Origin: an uncultured Planctomycetia bacterium
GTDB lineage: Bacteria > Omnitrophota > Gorgyraeia > Tantalellales > Tantalellaceae
NCBI GenBank assembly: GCA_964421015.1
Contig: CAYQUS010000001.1
Location: forward strand, 300,726-364,725
Length of the DNA: 64,000 bases
Direction of reading: 5' to 3'
The translations under genes and the position numbers were made by a program. Below, one piece after another: positions 56,105-64,000 of this stretch. Below the pieces are notes generated by a model. That model worked only from the letters and a program-made list of their open reading frames with translations. It was not told the DNA's origin and made no database searches. How positions within the stretch are numbered: position 1 is the stretch's first letter; each line of letters starts with the position of its first letter.

Positions 56105-57312
56105 TATTTTCCCCTTCTTTTAAAAATGTCCATGACTGTTTTTATTACCCTTGCCGTTTCAGTTTTTTTCATAAGAGGATATATCGGCAAGCTTATCTCC
56201 CCTGCATAAAACCTCTCGGCATTCGGACAAAGACCCGGTTTGTACCCAAGCCCCCTGTAATAAGGGTGAAGGTAGACAGGGATATAGTGTACTTGAACGC
56301 CTATACCTCTTGAGCGCAGTTCTTCAAAAACTTCTTTTCTCGATCCCGCATGAGCATCACTCATTCTTATAGGATACAGGTGCCAGGCTGACCTCTTCCT
56401 ATGATCCCGTACCGGGATATCAAAGTAAGGGTTAGAAGCGAACTTTCGCGAATATTCTTCAGCGATAACCCTTCTTTTTGAAATAAATCCGTCGAGTTTT
56501 CCTAGCTGCGCAATGCCAAGAGCGCACTGGAAATCCGTTATCCTATAGTTCAGGCCGAGGGACTGCATCTCGGCATACCACCCTCCGTTACTATTTCCTC
56601 CGCATATTAATTTCTTCTCATCCCGGGTTATCCCATGCGTTCTTAACTCCAGAAGTTTCTCGTAAAACTTACGGCTGTTTGTAAGAACAGCTCCCCCTTC
56701 CCCGGTAGTTATGGATTTTACCGGATGAAAGCTGAATACGGTCATATCCGAGTGTTCGCAACTTCCCACCTTTACCCACCTGTCCCGTTCCCTGTACTCA
56801 GCCCCTAAAGCATGGCACCCATCCTGGATGACCGCAAGTTTATTCTTTTTGGCTATCTTAAATATTTCGGCGATATCGCATGGCACACCGGCGTAATCCA
56901 CGGGAAGTATGGCTTTAGTTCTCTTTGTTATCTTCCTCTTGATGTCATCGATCGATATATTGGCCGTCGCCGGATCCACGTCGGCAAAAACGGGCTTAGC
57001 TCCGGAATAAAGGATGGAATTGGCTGTCGCGGCGAAAGTCATTGGGGTCGTTATAGCTTCGTCCCCCCTGCCCAGACCCGAGGCAATACAGGCGATATGG
57101 AGAGCCGCGGTACCGTTGGAAACCGCTACCGCGTACTTGCTGCCGCAATAAGCAGCCAGAGCTTTTTCGAACTCTGCTACCGTGGGCCCCTGGGTCAGCC
57201 AGTCACTTTTCAAGACCTCTATGACGGCTCTGATATCGTTTATATCTATTGTTTGCCTGCCATATGGAATGCTCTTAAGCATTTTTCCGTCCTTCGCTTT
57301 TATCAACGGCAT
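56104..57312 (-). CDS. pseC: UDP-4-amino-4,6-dideoxy-N-acetyl-beta-L-altrosamine transaminase (PseC, DegT family).
   Basis: 402 aa. IPYGRQTIDINDI...AVAVSNGTAALHIA...SFHPVKSITTGEGGAV matches PseC-type aminotransferases. Confidence 0.85.
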   Translation of the reverse strand: MPLIKAKDGKMLKSIPYGRQTIDINDIRAVIEVLKSDWLTQGPTVAEFEKALAAYCGSKYAVAVSNGTAALHIACIASGLGRGDEAITTPMTFAATANSILYSGAKPVFADVDPATANISIDDIKRKITKRTKAILPVDYAGVPCDIAEIFKIAKKNKLAVIQDGCHALGAEYRERDRWVKVGSCEHSDMTVFSFHPVKSITTGEGGAVLTNSRKFYEKLLELRTHGITRDEKKLICGGNSNGGWYAEMQSLGLNYRITDFQCALGIAQLGKLDGFISKRRVIAEEYSRKFASNPYFDIPVRDHRKRSAWHLYPIRMSDAHAGSRKEVFEELRSRGIGVQVHYIPVYLHPYYRGLGYKPGLCPNAERFYAGEISLPIYPLMKKTETARVIKTVMDIFKRRGK

Positions 57313-58295
57313 TAAGAATCTTTAACCATCCTCTTAAGATCACTCAAGGTATACCAGCTTTTATTATTGTCACTTCTGTACCCTTCGAAATTGAAATCCA
57401 AGGCCCTTCCCCCGTCCTTCTTTTCCCTGCCGCGCACAACGTAATGATAAGTAATGTACCTGTCCTTATATTCATTGGTGTAGATCCCGTCATCCGCCGA
57501 CACGAGTGTCTCATGCAGTTTTTCCCCTTCCCTTACGCCCACTATTTTATGCCGGCAATTTGGGCAGACCGCCTGGGCAAGCTCAACTATCTTAATACTC
57601 GGCATCTTGGGTATGAATATCTCTCCCCCTTTCATGTCATTAAGAGACCTTAAAACAAAATCTACTCCCTGGTCCAGGGTTATCCAGAACCTGGTCATTC
57701 TCGGATCCGTTATGGGTACCACGCCTTTTGCCCTGCACTCCTTAAAAAAAGGTACGACGCTCCCCCTGGAACCAAAAACATTTCCGTACCTGACCACGCT
57801 GAACTCTGTCTTTCCTGAGGAATAGTTATTAGCGGCAACGAACATTTTTTCCGAACAAAGTTTAGTCGCCCCGTAAAGGTTTATAGGATTCGCGGCTTTA
57901 TCGGTACTTAAGGCTATCACCTTCTTAACTCCATTGTCGATAGCCATATTTATTACGTTTTCAGCCCCTATAACGTTGGTCTTGACAGCTTCAAAAGGGT
58001 TATATTCGGCTGTCGGAACTATCTTTATGGCCGCCGCGTGCACAACGACATCCACGCCGTTAAAAGCCCTGTGAAGCCTGTCGGCGTCTCTCACATCTCC
58101 CAGGAAATAACGTATGTTAGGGTATTTCGCCACGCTGAATTTTTTCGCCATCTCCCACTGCTTCATTTCATCACGGCTGAAAATTATAAGTTTTTTGGGA
58201 GAGTATTTCTCAAGCACGGTTTCGGTGAATTTATTCCCGAAAGATCCTGTCCCGCCCGTTATAAGCACTGTTTTATTTTTGAATATCTTCTCCAT
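57312..58295 (-). CDS. pseB: UDP-N-acetylglucosamine 4,6-dehydratase, inverting (PseB/FlaA1/CapD family).
   Basis: 327 aa. KTVLITGGTGSFGNKF...LIIFSRDEMKQ...VVHAAAIKIVPTAEYNPFEAVKTNVIGAENV...YGATKLCSEKMF. Confidence 0.9.
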   Translation of the reverse strand: MEKIFKNKTVLITGGTGSFGNKFTETVLEKYSPKKLIIFSRDEMKQWEMAKKFSVAKYPNIRYFLGDVRDADRLHRAFNGVDVVVHAAAIKIVPTAEYNPFEAVKTNVIGAENVINMAIDNGVKKVIALSTDKAANPINLYGATKLCSEKMFVAANNYSSGKTEFSVVRYGNVFGSRGSVVPFFKECRAKGVVPITDPRMTRFWITLDQGVDFVLRSLNDMKGGEIFIPKMPSIKIVELAQAVCPNCRHKIVGVREGEKLHETLVSADDGIYTNEYKDRYITYHYVVRGREKKDGGRALDFNFEGYRSDNNKSWYTLSDLKRMVKDS

Positions 58296-58348
58296 TTTTC
58301 CCCCTGAAAGTTGCGTAAATTGAAAATAGAAAATATACCGGCGCTCTT

Positions 58349-58585
58349 TTATTCCTCTCCCTCATGCAGCCAGTTACGGGCCTTATTGTAGGCTTTCCCT
58401 ACCTTGTCTTCTACCTTGGGAGAAACCACTCTTAAAAGTTCCTTACCCAGGATTCGATACTGTTTGCCCACTTTGGCGGTCCTTATTATTCCTTTCTTAA
58501 TTAACCTCATCATGGTACTTGTAGATACCTTGAGTAAAGCCTCGGCTTCTTTTACCGTATAGACCGTGTTATCGTTTATCTCCAT
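58349..58585 (-). CDS. Small helix-turn-helix DNA-binding protein (excisionase/MerR-like HTH_17 type).
   Basis: 78 aa. YTVKEAEALLKVSTSTMMRLIKKGIIRTAKVGKQYRI is an excisionase-family HTH. The RBS GGGGG lies 5 nt upstream of the ATG. Confidence 0.6.
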   Translation of the reverse strand: MEINDNTVYTVKEAEALLKVSTSTMMRLIKKGIIRTAKVGKQYRILGKELLRVVSPKVEDKVGKAYNKARNWLHEGEE

Positions 58586-58644
58586 TTTACCCCCAATGAC
58601 TTTTTGTTTCCCAGCTACGGCTTAGATGTGGCTTGAAATTCAAA

Positions 58645-58712
58645 CAGGTGCAGAATACCATAAACATCTTTACACGTCAATACTATTCATTGATATTCAA
58701 TAGTATTCATGA
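58645..58712 (-). promoter_or_regulatory. Sigma70-like promoter (minus strand) for the HTH gene. An inverted repeat AATACTATT-N11-AATAGTATT overlaps and flanks the -35.
   Basis: Read on the minus strand: TTGACG (plus coordinates 58675-58680), a 16-nt spacer, TATTCT (58653-58658). The inverted-repeat arms are at 58679-58687 and 58699-58707. The region is also a near-direct repeat, TCAATACTATTCAT / TCAATAGTATTCAT. It lies in the only long (273 bp) intergenic region of the window. Confidence 0.35.
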
Positions 58713-58858
58713 TACCGCGAGCATCTTTATTGTAAGTCTTTTATTTTTGGGAGGATACTAAGGAATATGTAACATATAAGAACCGCTGAGACCCAAAGCA
58801 GGAAGATCATTCCCCCTACTGATCTGTAATATGTTCTCATCTCTCACCTTTGCCCTTT

Positions 58859-59962
58859 TTACCGTATCTCCGAGACTCTTAAATACTCTTTTTCCAATAT
58901 TTTAGAGGCGACAGAGTGCCCCCTTCGAGTCCAGTGGGGATCTATGTCGAAGTACAGTCTCTTCCCACTAATATTGCTTTCTTTGACCATTTCCGGTAAA
59001 AGATCAATACAGGCTATACCGTTTCTTTCAAGCATATCAGACAAAACTTCATTTGGCCTGTCAACATTGTATCCCGGGAACTTATTCAGCTCCTCACGGC
59101 AGTATATCTGCTCCCTTAGCGGTATAAGAACAACTGCAAAATCTATACCTTTCTCCTTCGCCTCGCGGGACATTTTAACAAGTATCTTTTCAGCTTCATT
59201 ACAGGAATTTTTCAAAGCATCGGTGTATTCCTCAAGAAAAATATCGCGCTTGTTGTTTATCCCGGAAGCCAGCATCAGGTTCCTTATCGACGGAAATGTT
59301 ATGTAAAGCCTGTCTCTCACCATTGTGACCAGGTGTAAACGGTTTATGAACTCCCTTACGTGAAAAGCTAGATCCTTTTTTTCTATCCTGACCCCTTCTT
59401 TTACTTCCCCTGCGGAGCCCTTGAGCGGTGTTATGTTAAGGTCGTTTTCCAGGCAAAAACCAAGAAAAATGACGTCCGGAGAATATTTCAAGACCCTTTT
59501 AAAAACTTCCGTGTACTGCACTATATCGTATCCATACACAGCCGCGTTAATTATAGTTACCTTGCCCGCCGGATTTAATTTTTTAAGGGCCTTACCGAAA
59601 AGAAAAGGATAGGCTTCTTCATCCTCCACACCCCAACCGAAAGTAAAAGAATCCCCTATGAAAGCTGCTCTGAACTCTCCCTGGACTTTTTCATGGGAAA
59701 TATTTTCTTTCCCTCTGAACCCTGAGGAATTTATGTTCATTCCCACATCAAACTGGTTTTTTAAAACCATTCTCCCGCTGTAAGAAGGCCTGGGAACATA
59801 TGGAAGGATCTCGTCATCGGCTCTCCATTCATAATTTATTTTAAGTTCCAGTATCTGCGGATAGAAAGCTCTCAGGAAAATTTCCACAAAAAATAAACAC
59901 ACAAAAACCGAAAACAGCATCAGGATAACGTTCGCCGCTTTGCTTAAGACCTTCATGTACAC
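58859..59962 (-). CDS. SGNH/GDSL-family hydrolase with an N-terminal membrane anchor. Possible glycan O-acetyl esterase/transferase partner, AlgX/AlgJ-like.
   Basis: 367 aa. N-terminal TM helix. GDS block AAFIGDSFTFGWGV. The C-terminal DPHW resembles the SGNH catalytic DxxH. Confidence 0.55.
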   Translation of the reverse strand: MYMKVLSKAANVILMLFSVFVCLFFVEIFLRAFYPQILELKINYEWRADDEILPYVPRPSYSGRMVLKNQFDVGMNINSSGFRGKENISHEKVQGEFRAAFIGDSFTFGWGVEDEEAYPFLFGKALKKLNPAGKVTIINAAVYGYDIVQYTEVFKRVLKYSPDVIFLGFCLENDLNITPLKGSAGEVKEGVRIEKKDLAFHVREFINRLHLVTMVRDRLYITFPSIRNLMLASGINNKRDIFLEEYTDALKNSCNEAEKILVKMSREAKEKGIDFAVVLIPLREQIYCREELNKFPGYNVDRPNEVLSDMLERNGIACIDLLPEMVKESNISGKRLYFDIDPHWTRRGHSVASKILEKEYLRVSEIR

Positions 59963-59966
59963 ACCC

Positions 59967-61655
59967 CTATTTTTTCCGCATGTCGTAAATCAGTATCGAC
60001 CCGCCGGCTGTGGCTGAGACTTTCTCATGTTTTGTCCACCCGAGAGATTCCAGATACTGGGCGCTTACGGCATACACGGCCTCTTGAGGAAACTCTCTCT
60101 CTTCCTCGTTAACATCAATATGCTTCACTCCGTAGTATGAAGGATCGGCTGTACCGAAATAAACTAGCCTGACTTCCTTTATACCGTTTTTATCCATGTA
60201 GCTCTTAAGAGCCGGGAGATCCTGCCCCCAATCCAGATTAGAATCCCTAAGGTACAAATAACCGTTCTCAGTACCGCCCACAAGTTCGTTGAAATAGCTC
60301 AGGTAATCGGGCCACACGAAAAAATGCAGAACCGCTGTCCAGACCACAAGGCCAGCTCCGAGAAAATTTAAGATCTTCCCCCCTTTTAAAAGGGTACCCA
60401 TTCCCAAAGCGGCTATAACAAAGATCATGGGATATGCCGGCAGTACGTATCTCAGTCCCAGCTGAAGGTTGGAACGCGACGCCGCTACAAAGAACATAAC
60501 TGCGAAAAATAAAAGATACAGGTTTAGATCTCTTTTTTCCCGTTTTGTGAATACAAGCACCGTCCCGGTAAAAAAAGCTATCACGACCGGGATAGGTGTT
60601 TTTATAATGAACGCCGCGGCGTAATAAATGGGGTTACCCATGGCGCTCCAGGAACCCATAAAAAAGTTCCTGGTACCCTCCGCGCTATGCCTCGCTATTC
60701 CGGCTATCCCAACCCAAAAAGAACTTAAAGGAACGGGAACAGAATAAAGGAACTTTCTCGCAAGATCCGTTAGTCCGGTTCCCGCTGAAGGGAATATTTT
60801 ATTTAGAAATTCCAGAAAAAACCCCTCTTTTTGAGAAGCCCTCATGGCTCCCTCAAGGAGAGGCCTCAATTCAAAGAGATACCCCGCCCACAGGATAAAA
60901 AAAGCCGCCGGAAAAACTACAAATAGCATGGTACGCATAGCCTTCCCGAAGCGCGACCTTTCCTCTTCCCGGTATTTAAAAAAAAGACCGAAAGAGACAA
61001 GGATATAGGCGGGTAAAAGAAAAACCGCGGTAAACTTGCTGAGAAGGGCCAGACCCAGCGTCACGCCGGAAACCAGGGCGCGTTCCGTACGGGGATTTTC
61101 GAGAAAATCCCACATACAGAATACTGACAGCATTATGAATACAGTTGCCGTCATGTCTGTGGTAGCAAGGCTGGAATGCGCGATCATGTTCGGGCATAAA
61201 AAGTACATAAAAGCCGCAAGCACGGCCGTCAGGTCCCCGTAATGCCTTCTTGTCCAGAAAAAAAGGAAAAATCCCCCAAAAAGCCCGATAACTACGATGG
61301 GTAACCTCGAGAAAAGAACTATCTTATCCGCCTTTTCCCTATTTAGGCCATATATGAATTCTCTGGAGAATTCGCCTCTGTCCTCCCTGGCCCAGAAAGA
61401 CCTTTCATCCGGAAGTTCAAGCTCGAGAGCCAGTAGCGGCAAAGCCATAATGTACCGAGAAAGCGGCGGAACCTCGGTGGAAAAAGAAAAATCGCCTTTT
61501 GTCAGAAAAATATACCCTGACGCTATATGGTGCCCGGTCTCATCACAGGTAGGCGACTTTCTGACAAGACTTGTAACGGAAAGCGCGGTGAACGCTATTG
61601 ACAGGATGAACAATATAAAAACCGGAGTATTCTTGCGAAAACATCCCTGGCTCAT
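59967..61655 (-). CDS. PMT_2/GT39-like polytopic membrane glycosyltransferase (GT-C fold).
   Basis: 562 aa with more than 11 TM helices. The first extracytoplasmic loop has PTCDETGHHIASGYIF, which is the DE-motif of protein-O-mannosyltransferase/ArnT-type enzymes. Confidence 0.55.
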   Translation of the reverse strand: MSQGCFRKNTPVFILFILSIAFTALSVTSLVRKSPTCDETGHHIASGYIFLTKGDFSFSTEVPPLSRYIMALPLLALELELPDERSFWAREDRGEFSREFIYGLNREKADKIVLFSRLPIVVIGLFGGFFLFFWTRRHYGDLTAVLAAFMYFLCPNMIAHSSLATTDMTATVFIMLSVFCMWDFLENPRTERALVSGVTLGLALLSKFTAVFLLPAYILVSFGLFFKYREEERSRFGKAMRTMLFVVFPAAFFILWAGYLFELRPLLEGAMRASQKEGFFLEFLNKIFPSAGTGLTDLARKFLYSVPVPLSSFWVGIAGIARHSAEGTRNFFMGSWSAMGNPIYYAAAFIIKTPIPVVIAFFTGTVLVFTKREKRDLNLYLLFFAVMFFVAASRSNLQLGLRYVLPAYPMIFVIAALGMGTLLKGGKILNFLGAGLVVWTAVLHFFVWPDYLSYFNELVGGTENGYLYLRDSNLDWGQDLPALKSYMDKNGIKEVRLVYFGTADPSYYGVKHIDVNEEEREFPQEAVYAVSAQYLESLGWTKHEKVSATAGGSILIYDMRKK

Positions 61656-61658
61656 TGC

Positions 61659-63848
61659 TCACATCTCCGTATTTGAAGCCAAACCTGAAAAGGCGCTGTA
61701 TTTGAATTCAACAACATTTTTCCCCACGCTCAGACTGACGGCCTGTATCACCGAAAATGGTTCTATTCGGGAGGTCTTTCCGTTAACTTTAACATTCCAC
61801 CCGGGATACCTGTTCTCCGAGAACACCAGGAACCCCGCATACGGCATTTCAAGCTCAAATACAGCGTACCCCGGAGAATACCGCACTACCGCTACGGGAA
61901 TAGACCTGTCTATCCCCTCAAAACTCAGCTGTTTTGCGGCGAAAGCCCTGGGAAGAGTTTCCTTAAGCCTGTACAATGATATCTCCCCCTCCGAAACAAC
62001 AAGATCCAGCCAGGGCTCATTAAGTTTTTCCGGGCTTATGACATACTTAACGTTAAGCGCTTCAATAAGAGACCGGTTTTCCCCTAATGAACCTTCTTGC
62101 GGAGCCTTGAGGCCCAGAGCGTTATCTACCACTTCCAGCTCCTCAAGTTCTTTTCTGTAATACTCGTTCGCCAGCGGGGTGTACAGGGCTATACTGTCTA
62201 TCCCGTATATCGAATTTAAGCTCGGCACTGTCCAGTTCGGTAATTTCGCGGACGCCACATTGTACGGAAAAATGCGAAAAAGGGTCTTATCCTTCTTGAT
62301 GACTTTGAATATTTCGCTGTAAGCCGGATCTACAAAATCAAAGTTCCTTATGTTACCCCTGAAACCTGTTCCGTAAGAACTGAAAACGGCAAGATCTATA
62401 AATATTAGCGCGGCAGCGGCCGAACGCGTAAAAACAATGATTTTCTTCTTACCCGTTAACACGTAAAAACAAACCGCTATCAGCCCCGCGCACAGAAGCA
62501 CCGAAAAAAGATTGGGCCAGAGAGACAAAGAGGAACTTGCTACCATGGAGTCGTAAAAACCCTTCACTTTCTTAAGGTATATTGAAAGGTCATGCCTGTG
62601 AAAGGGCTGGCCGTAGATGTCTCGGGTAACAAGATATTCCCCGAGAGATATGATCCTGTCCTTGAAGATAACAAGAACCGCCTTTGAGGCCAGGAAAACC
62701 ACCAGCATAAAAGAGAGAAATCCCGAAAATATCCGCAAATAAAACTGTCGGTCTTTTCCCTTCTCAAAAAACACTGTAAAACCTATCCCCGAAAGCACAG
62801 ACATAGAAAAAATAGTGAAGAGTATGGCTTTGGACGGCCCCCTGAAATCATATATCCTGAAAAACCTTATCATCGCGGCGAAAAGCGGATTGTATTTACC
62901 AAGAGCTACAAATACGGAAACCGCCAATACGGCAAATATCGGATATATCGTCCTGGCCTTCAGATTTTTCCGGACAGCCGTCATGAGGAACAAAACGCTC
63001 AAAAGACCTATGTAGACCCTGGCTCCACCGGGAACGGGATACGGGAAAACGACGCTTATAAAAGCCAGCGGAGAAAATGACCCGGATAAAGCGAAATCCA
63101 GATTTGCCCCGGACCTCCATGATAAGCCGGCCAGGACTTTGGTTAAAACGAACTGCGGAAGAAAAATACCCGCTGCTATGGCCATTGTCATGGACATCCA
63201 GGCAATGTCCGAAAATCTCACCTTGCCCCTGACGCCGAGACCGGTTAAAAAGTACACCAGGCACAAAAAAGCGCTGTATAACGCGGCCTGGGGAGCCCCG
63301 GAAAGAAGCTGAAGCCCCGTAGCGACTCCGGCAAATGCCAATATAGCGGGCTTGCGAGATTCAAAATATTTCTCATAAAGAAAAAGAACCAGAGGAAGCC
63401 ACGTCAGGGCTTTGAGCGTAGCCGTATTTATCATGCACCCGGCATATGCCCCGCCGAAACAGAAAATAAAGGCCGCGAGGGCGCTTCCCCACTCGCATCC
63501 CCCCATTTTTTTTGTGTAGATGTAAGTAAATATACCTGCAAGAGCGAAATGTATCACCGTGAGGTAGTTATACGCGAATCTGAAAGGGAAAAGAAAGTAA
63601 AAGATCATGTGCGGCGGATAGAACCCCCCTATCTGTCCTTCCGCCATGACCGGAAAGCCGCTTTGAACATATCTCGTCCAAAAAGGTAAAACCAGGTTTT
63701 TTATGTTCCCGGCGTATATCATGCTCCACGGGTAGAACTGATCGGAATAGTCCCCGTAGAGGAACCCGCCTTTCATGCTGATAAGCTCCCGGAGAAAGAG
63801 TAAAAGGGCTGAAGCGAAAAGGATAATGAAAACTGAATGTTTTTTCAT
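61659..63848 (-). CDS. Large polytopic membrane protein, YfhO-like GT-C glycosyltransferase candidate.
   Basis: 729 aa. The N-terminal ~480 aa are multi-TM and the C-terminal ~230 aa are soluble. GDYSDQFYPW lies near the N-terminus. The ATG at 63848 overlaps the upstream stop as ATGA. Confidence 0.45.
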   Translation of the reverse strand: MKKHSVFIILFASALLLFLRELISMKGGFLYGDYSDQFYPWSMIYAGNIKNLVLPFWTRYVQSGFPVMAEGQIGGFYPPHMIFYFLFPFRFAYNYLTVIHFALAGIFTYIYTKKMGGCEWGSALAAFIFCFGGAYAGCMINTATLKALTWLPLVLFLYEKYFESRKPAILAFAGVATGLQLLSGAPQAALYSAFLCLVYFLTGLGVRGKVRFSDIAWMSMTMAIAAGIFLPQFVLTKVLAGLSWRSGANLDFALSGSFSPLAFISVVFPYPVPGGARVYIGLLSVLFLMTAVRKNLKARTIYPIFAVLAVSVFVALGKYNPLFAAMIRFFRIYDFRGPSKAILFTIFSMSVLSGIGFTVFFEKGKDRQFYLRIFSGFLSFMLVVFLASKAVLVIFKDRIISLGEYLVTRDIYGQPFHRHDLSIYLKKVKGFYDSMVASSSLSLWPNLFSVLLCAGLIAVCFYVLTGKKKIIVFTRSAAAALIFIDLAVFSSYGTGFRGNIRNFDFVDPAYSEIFKVIKKDKTLFRIFPYNVASAKLPNWTVPSLNSIYGIDSIALYTPLANEYYRKELEELEVVDNALGLKAPQEGSLGENRSLIEALNVKYVISPEKLNEPWLDLVVSEGEISLYRLKETLPRAFAAKQLSFEGIDRSIPVAVVRYSPGYAVFELEMPYAGFLVFSENRYPGWNVKVNGKTSRIEPFSVIQAVSLSVGKNVVEFKYSAFSGLASNTEM

Positions 63849-64000
63849 TTTTCAAGCGCTCTTTGGTATATCCTTATGGCAGGCCCGGGGGACACTCTTG
63901 TAAAAACATCCTCGTCCTTGACAGCCATGTAAGTCGACGCTATGAGGTCGAGCGTGGGTCTAAAAACACCGTCACGATAAGGGCTAACGTCTTTATATAT
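63845..64000 (-). CDS. Partial CDS (C-terminal 51 codons; the start lies off the right edge). Unknown product.
   Basis: Manual translation of the minus strand gives an open frame from the window edge, ...IYKDVSPYRDGVFRPTLDLIASTYMAVKDEDVFTRVSPGPAIRIYQRALEK, ending in a TGA that overlaps the downstream ATG. Confidence 0.35.
   Translation of the reverse strand: MYKDVSPYRDGVFRPTLDLIASTYMAVKDEDVFTRVSPGPAIRIYQRALEK

Noticed and set aside
58349-58585. Excisionase-family HTH gene as a marker of a prophage or integrative element border.
   Set aside because: There is no integrase, recombinase, tRNA or recognisable att-like direct repeats in the window. Small HTH_17 proteins also act as ordinary regulators.
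58790-58830. Inverted repeat AGATCA-N10-TGATCT downstream of the SGNH gene, as a terminator.
   Set aside because: The stem is only 6 bp, the loop is 10 nt, and there is no flanking U-tract on the minus strand. The signal is too weak to call.
1-64000. CRISPR arrays, tRNA/rRNA genes, and insertion sequences or transposases.
   Set aside because: Scanning of intergenic regions and the ORF track found no direct-repeat/spacer arrays, no cloverleaf-like tRNA candidates and no transposase or integrase-like ORFs. The intergenic space is minimal throughout.

Overview
This 64-kb window is almost entirely one cell-surface glycan biosynthesis island. About 57 of 58 protein-coding genes are on the minus strand. 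Coordinates below follow the minus-strand gene order, from high to low. Many genes overlap by 4 nt in an ATGA pattern (stop TGA sharing its TG with the next ATG), which points to long translationally coupled operons. I found no rRNA, tRNA, CRISPR array, transposase or integrase.

Recognisable modules:
- 57312-58295 down to 50325-51032: a complete CMP-pseudaminic acid pathway (PseB, PseC, PseH, PseG, PseI, PseF). It also carries an N-acetyl-sugar amidotransferase, a formyltransferase and a methylase, all of which suggest a modified Pse.
- 36512-42240: a UDP-2,3-diacetamido-sugar-like module. It has a Gfo/Idh/MocA oxidoreductase, a hexapeptide N-acetyltransferase, a WecB-like 2-epimerase and an SDR epimerase. 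Two DegT-family aminotransferases are also present (46934-48238 and 56104-57312).
- 575-2337 plus 22711-23802: a GDP-heptose-like branch. It has a GHMP kinase (HddA-like), a nucleotidyltransferase (HddC-like) and a GT9 heptosyltransferase.
- 19793-22651: a PAPS-generating module, CysD plus a CysN-CysC fusion. Nearby are two tandem sulfotransferase paralogs and a third sulfotransferase-like gene.
- An unusually high number of SAM-methyltransferase domains, at least ten. Six sit in consecutive genes between 2334 and 11047.
- 8511-9497: a radical-SAM enzyme.
- 3868-7896: a 1342-aa multidomain protein with the order methyltransferase, GT2, GT4, methyltransferase.
- About ten GT2 and GT4 glycosyltransferases.
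- Three DPM1-like polyprenyl-phosphate-sugar synthases, each next to a large polytopic membrane protein. At least seven such membrane proteins are present, several with ArnT-, PMT- or YfhO-like GT-C motifs.
- Two export routes: an MsbA/PglK-type ABC exporter (14153-15991) and a Wzx-type flippase (43511-44974).
- 58349-58585: a small excisionase-family HTH gene. It has a good sigma70-like promoter, and an inverted repeat overlaps its -35.

I could not confirm a transposon, a defense system or a toxin system here. The most notable features are the combination of sulfation, nonulosonic acid, heptose and heavy methylation in a single locus, the radical-SAM enzyme, the multidomain synthase, and three unassigned proteins between the flippase and the Pse operon. 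All assignments rest on motif recognition by eye, not on database searches.
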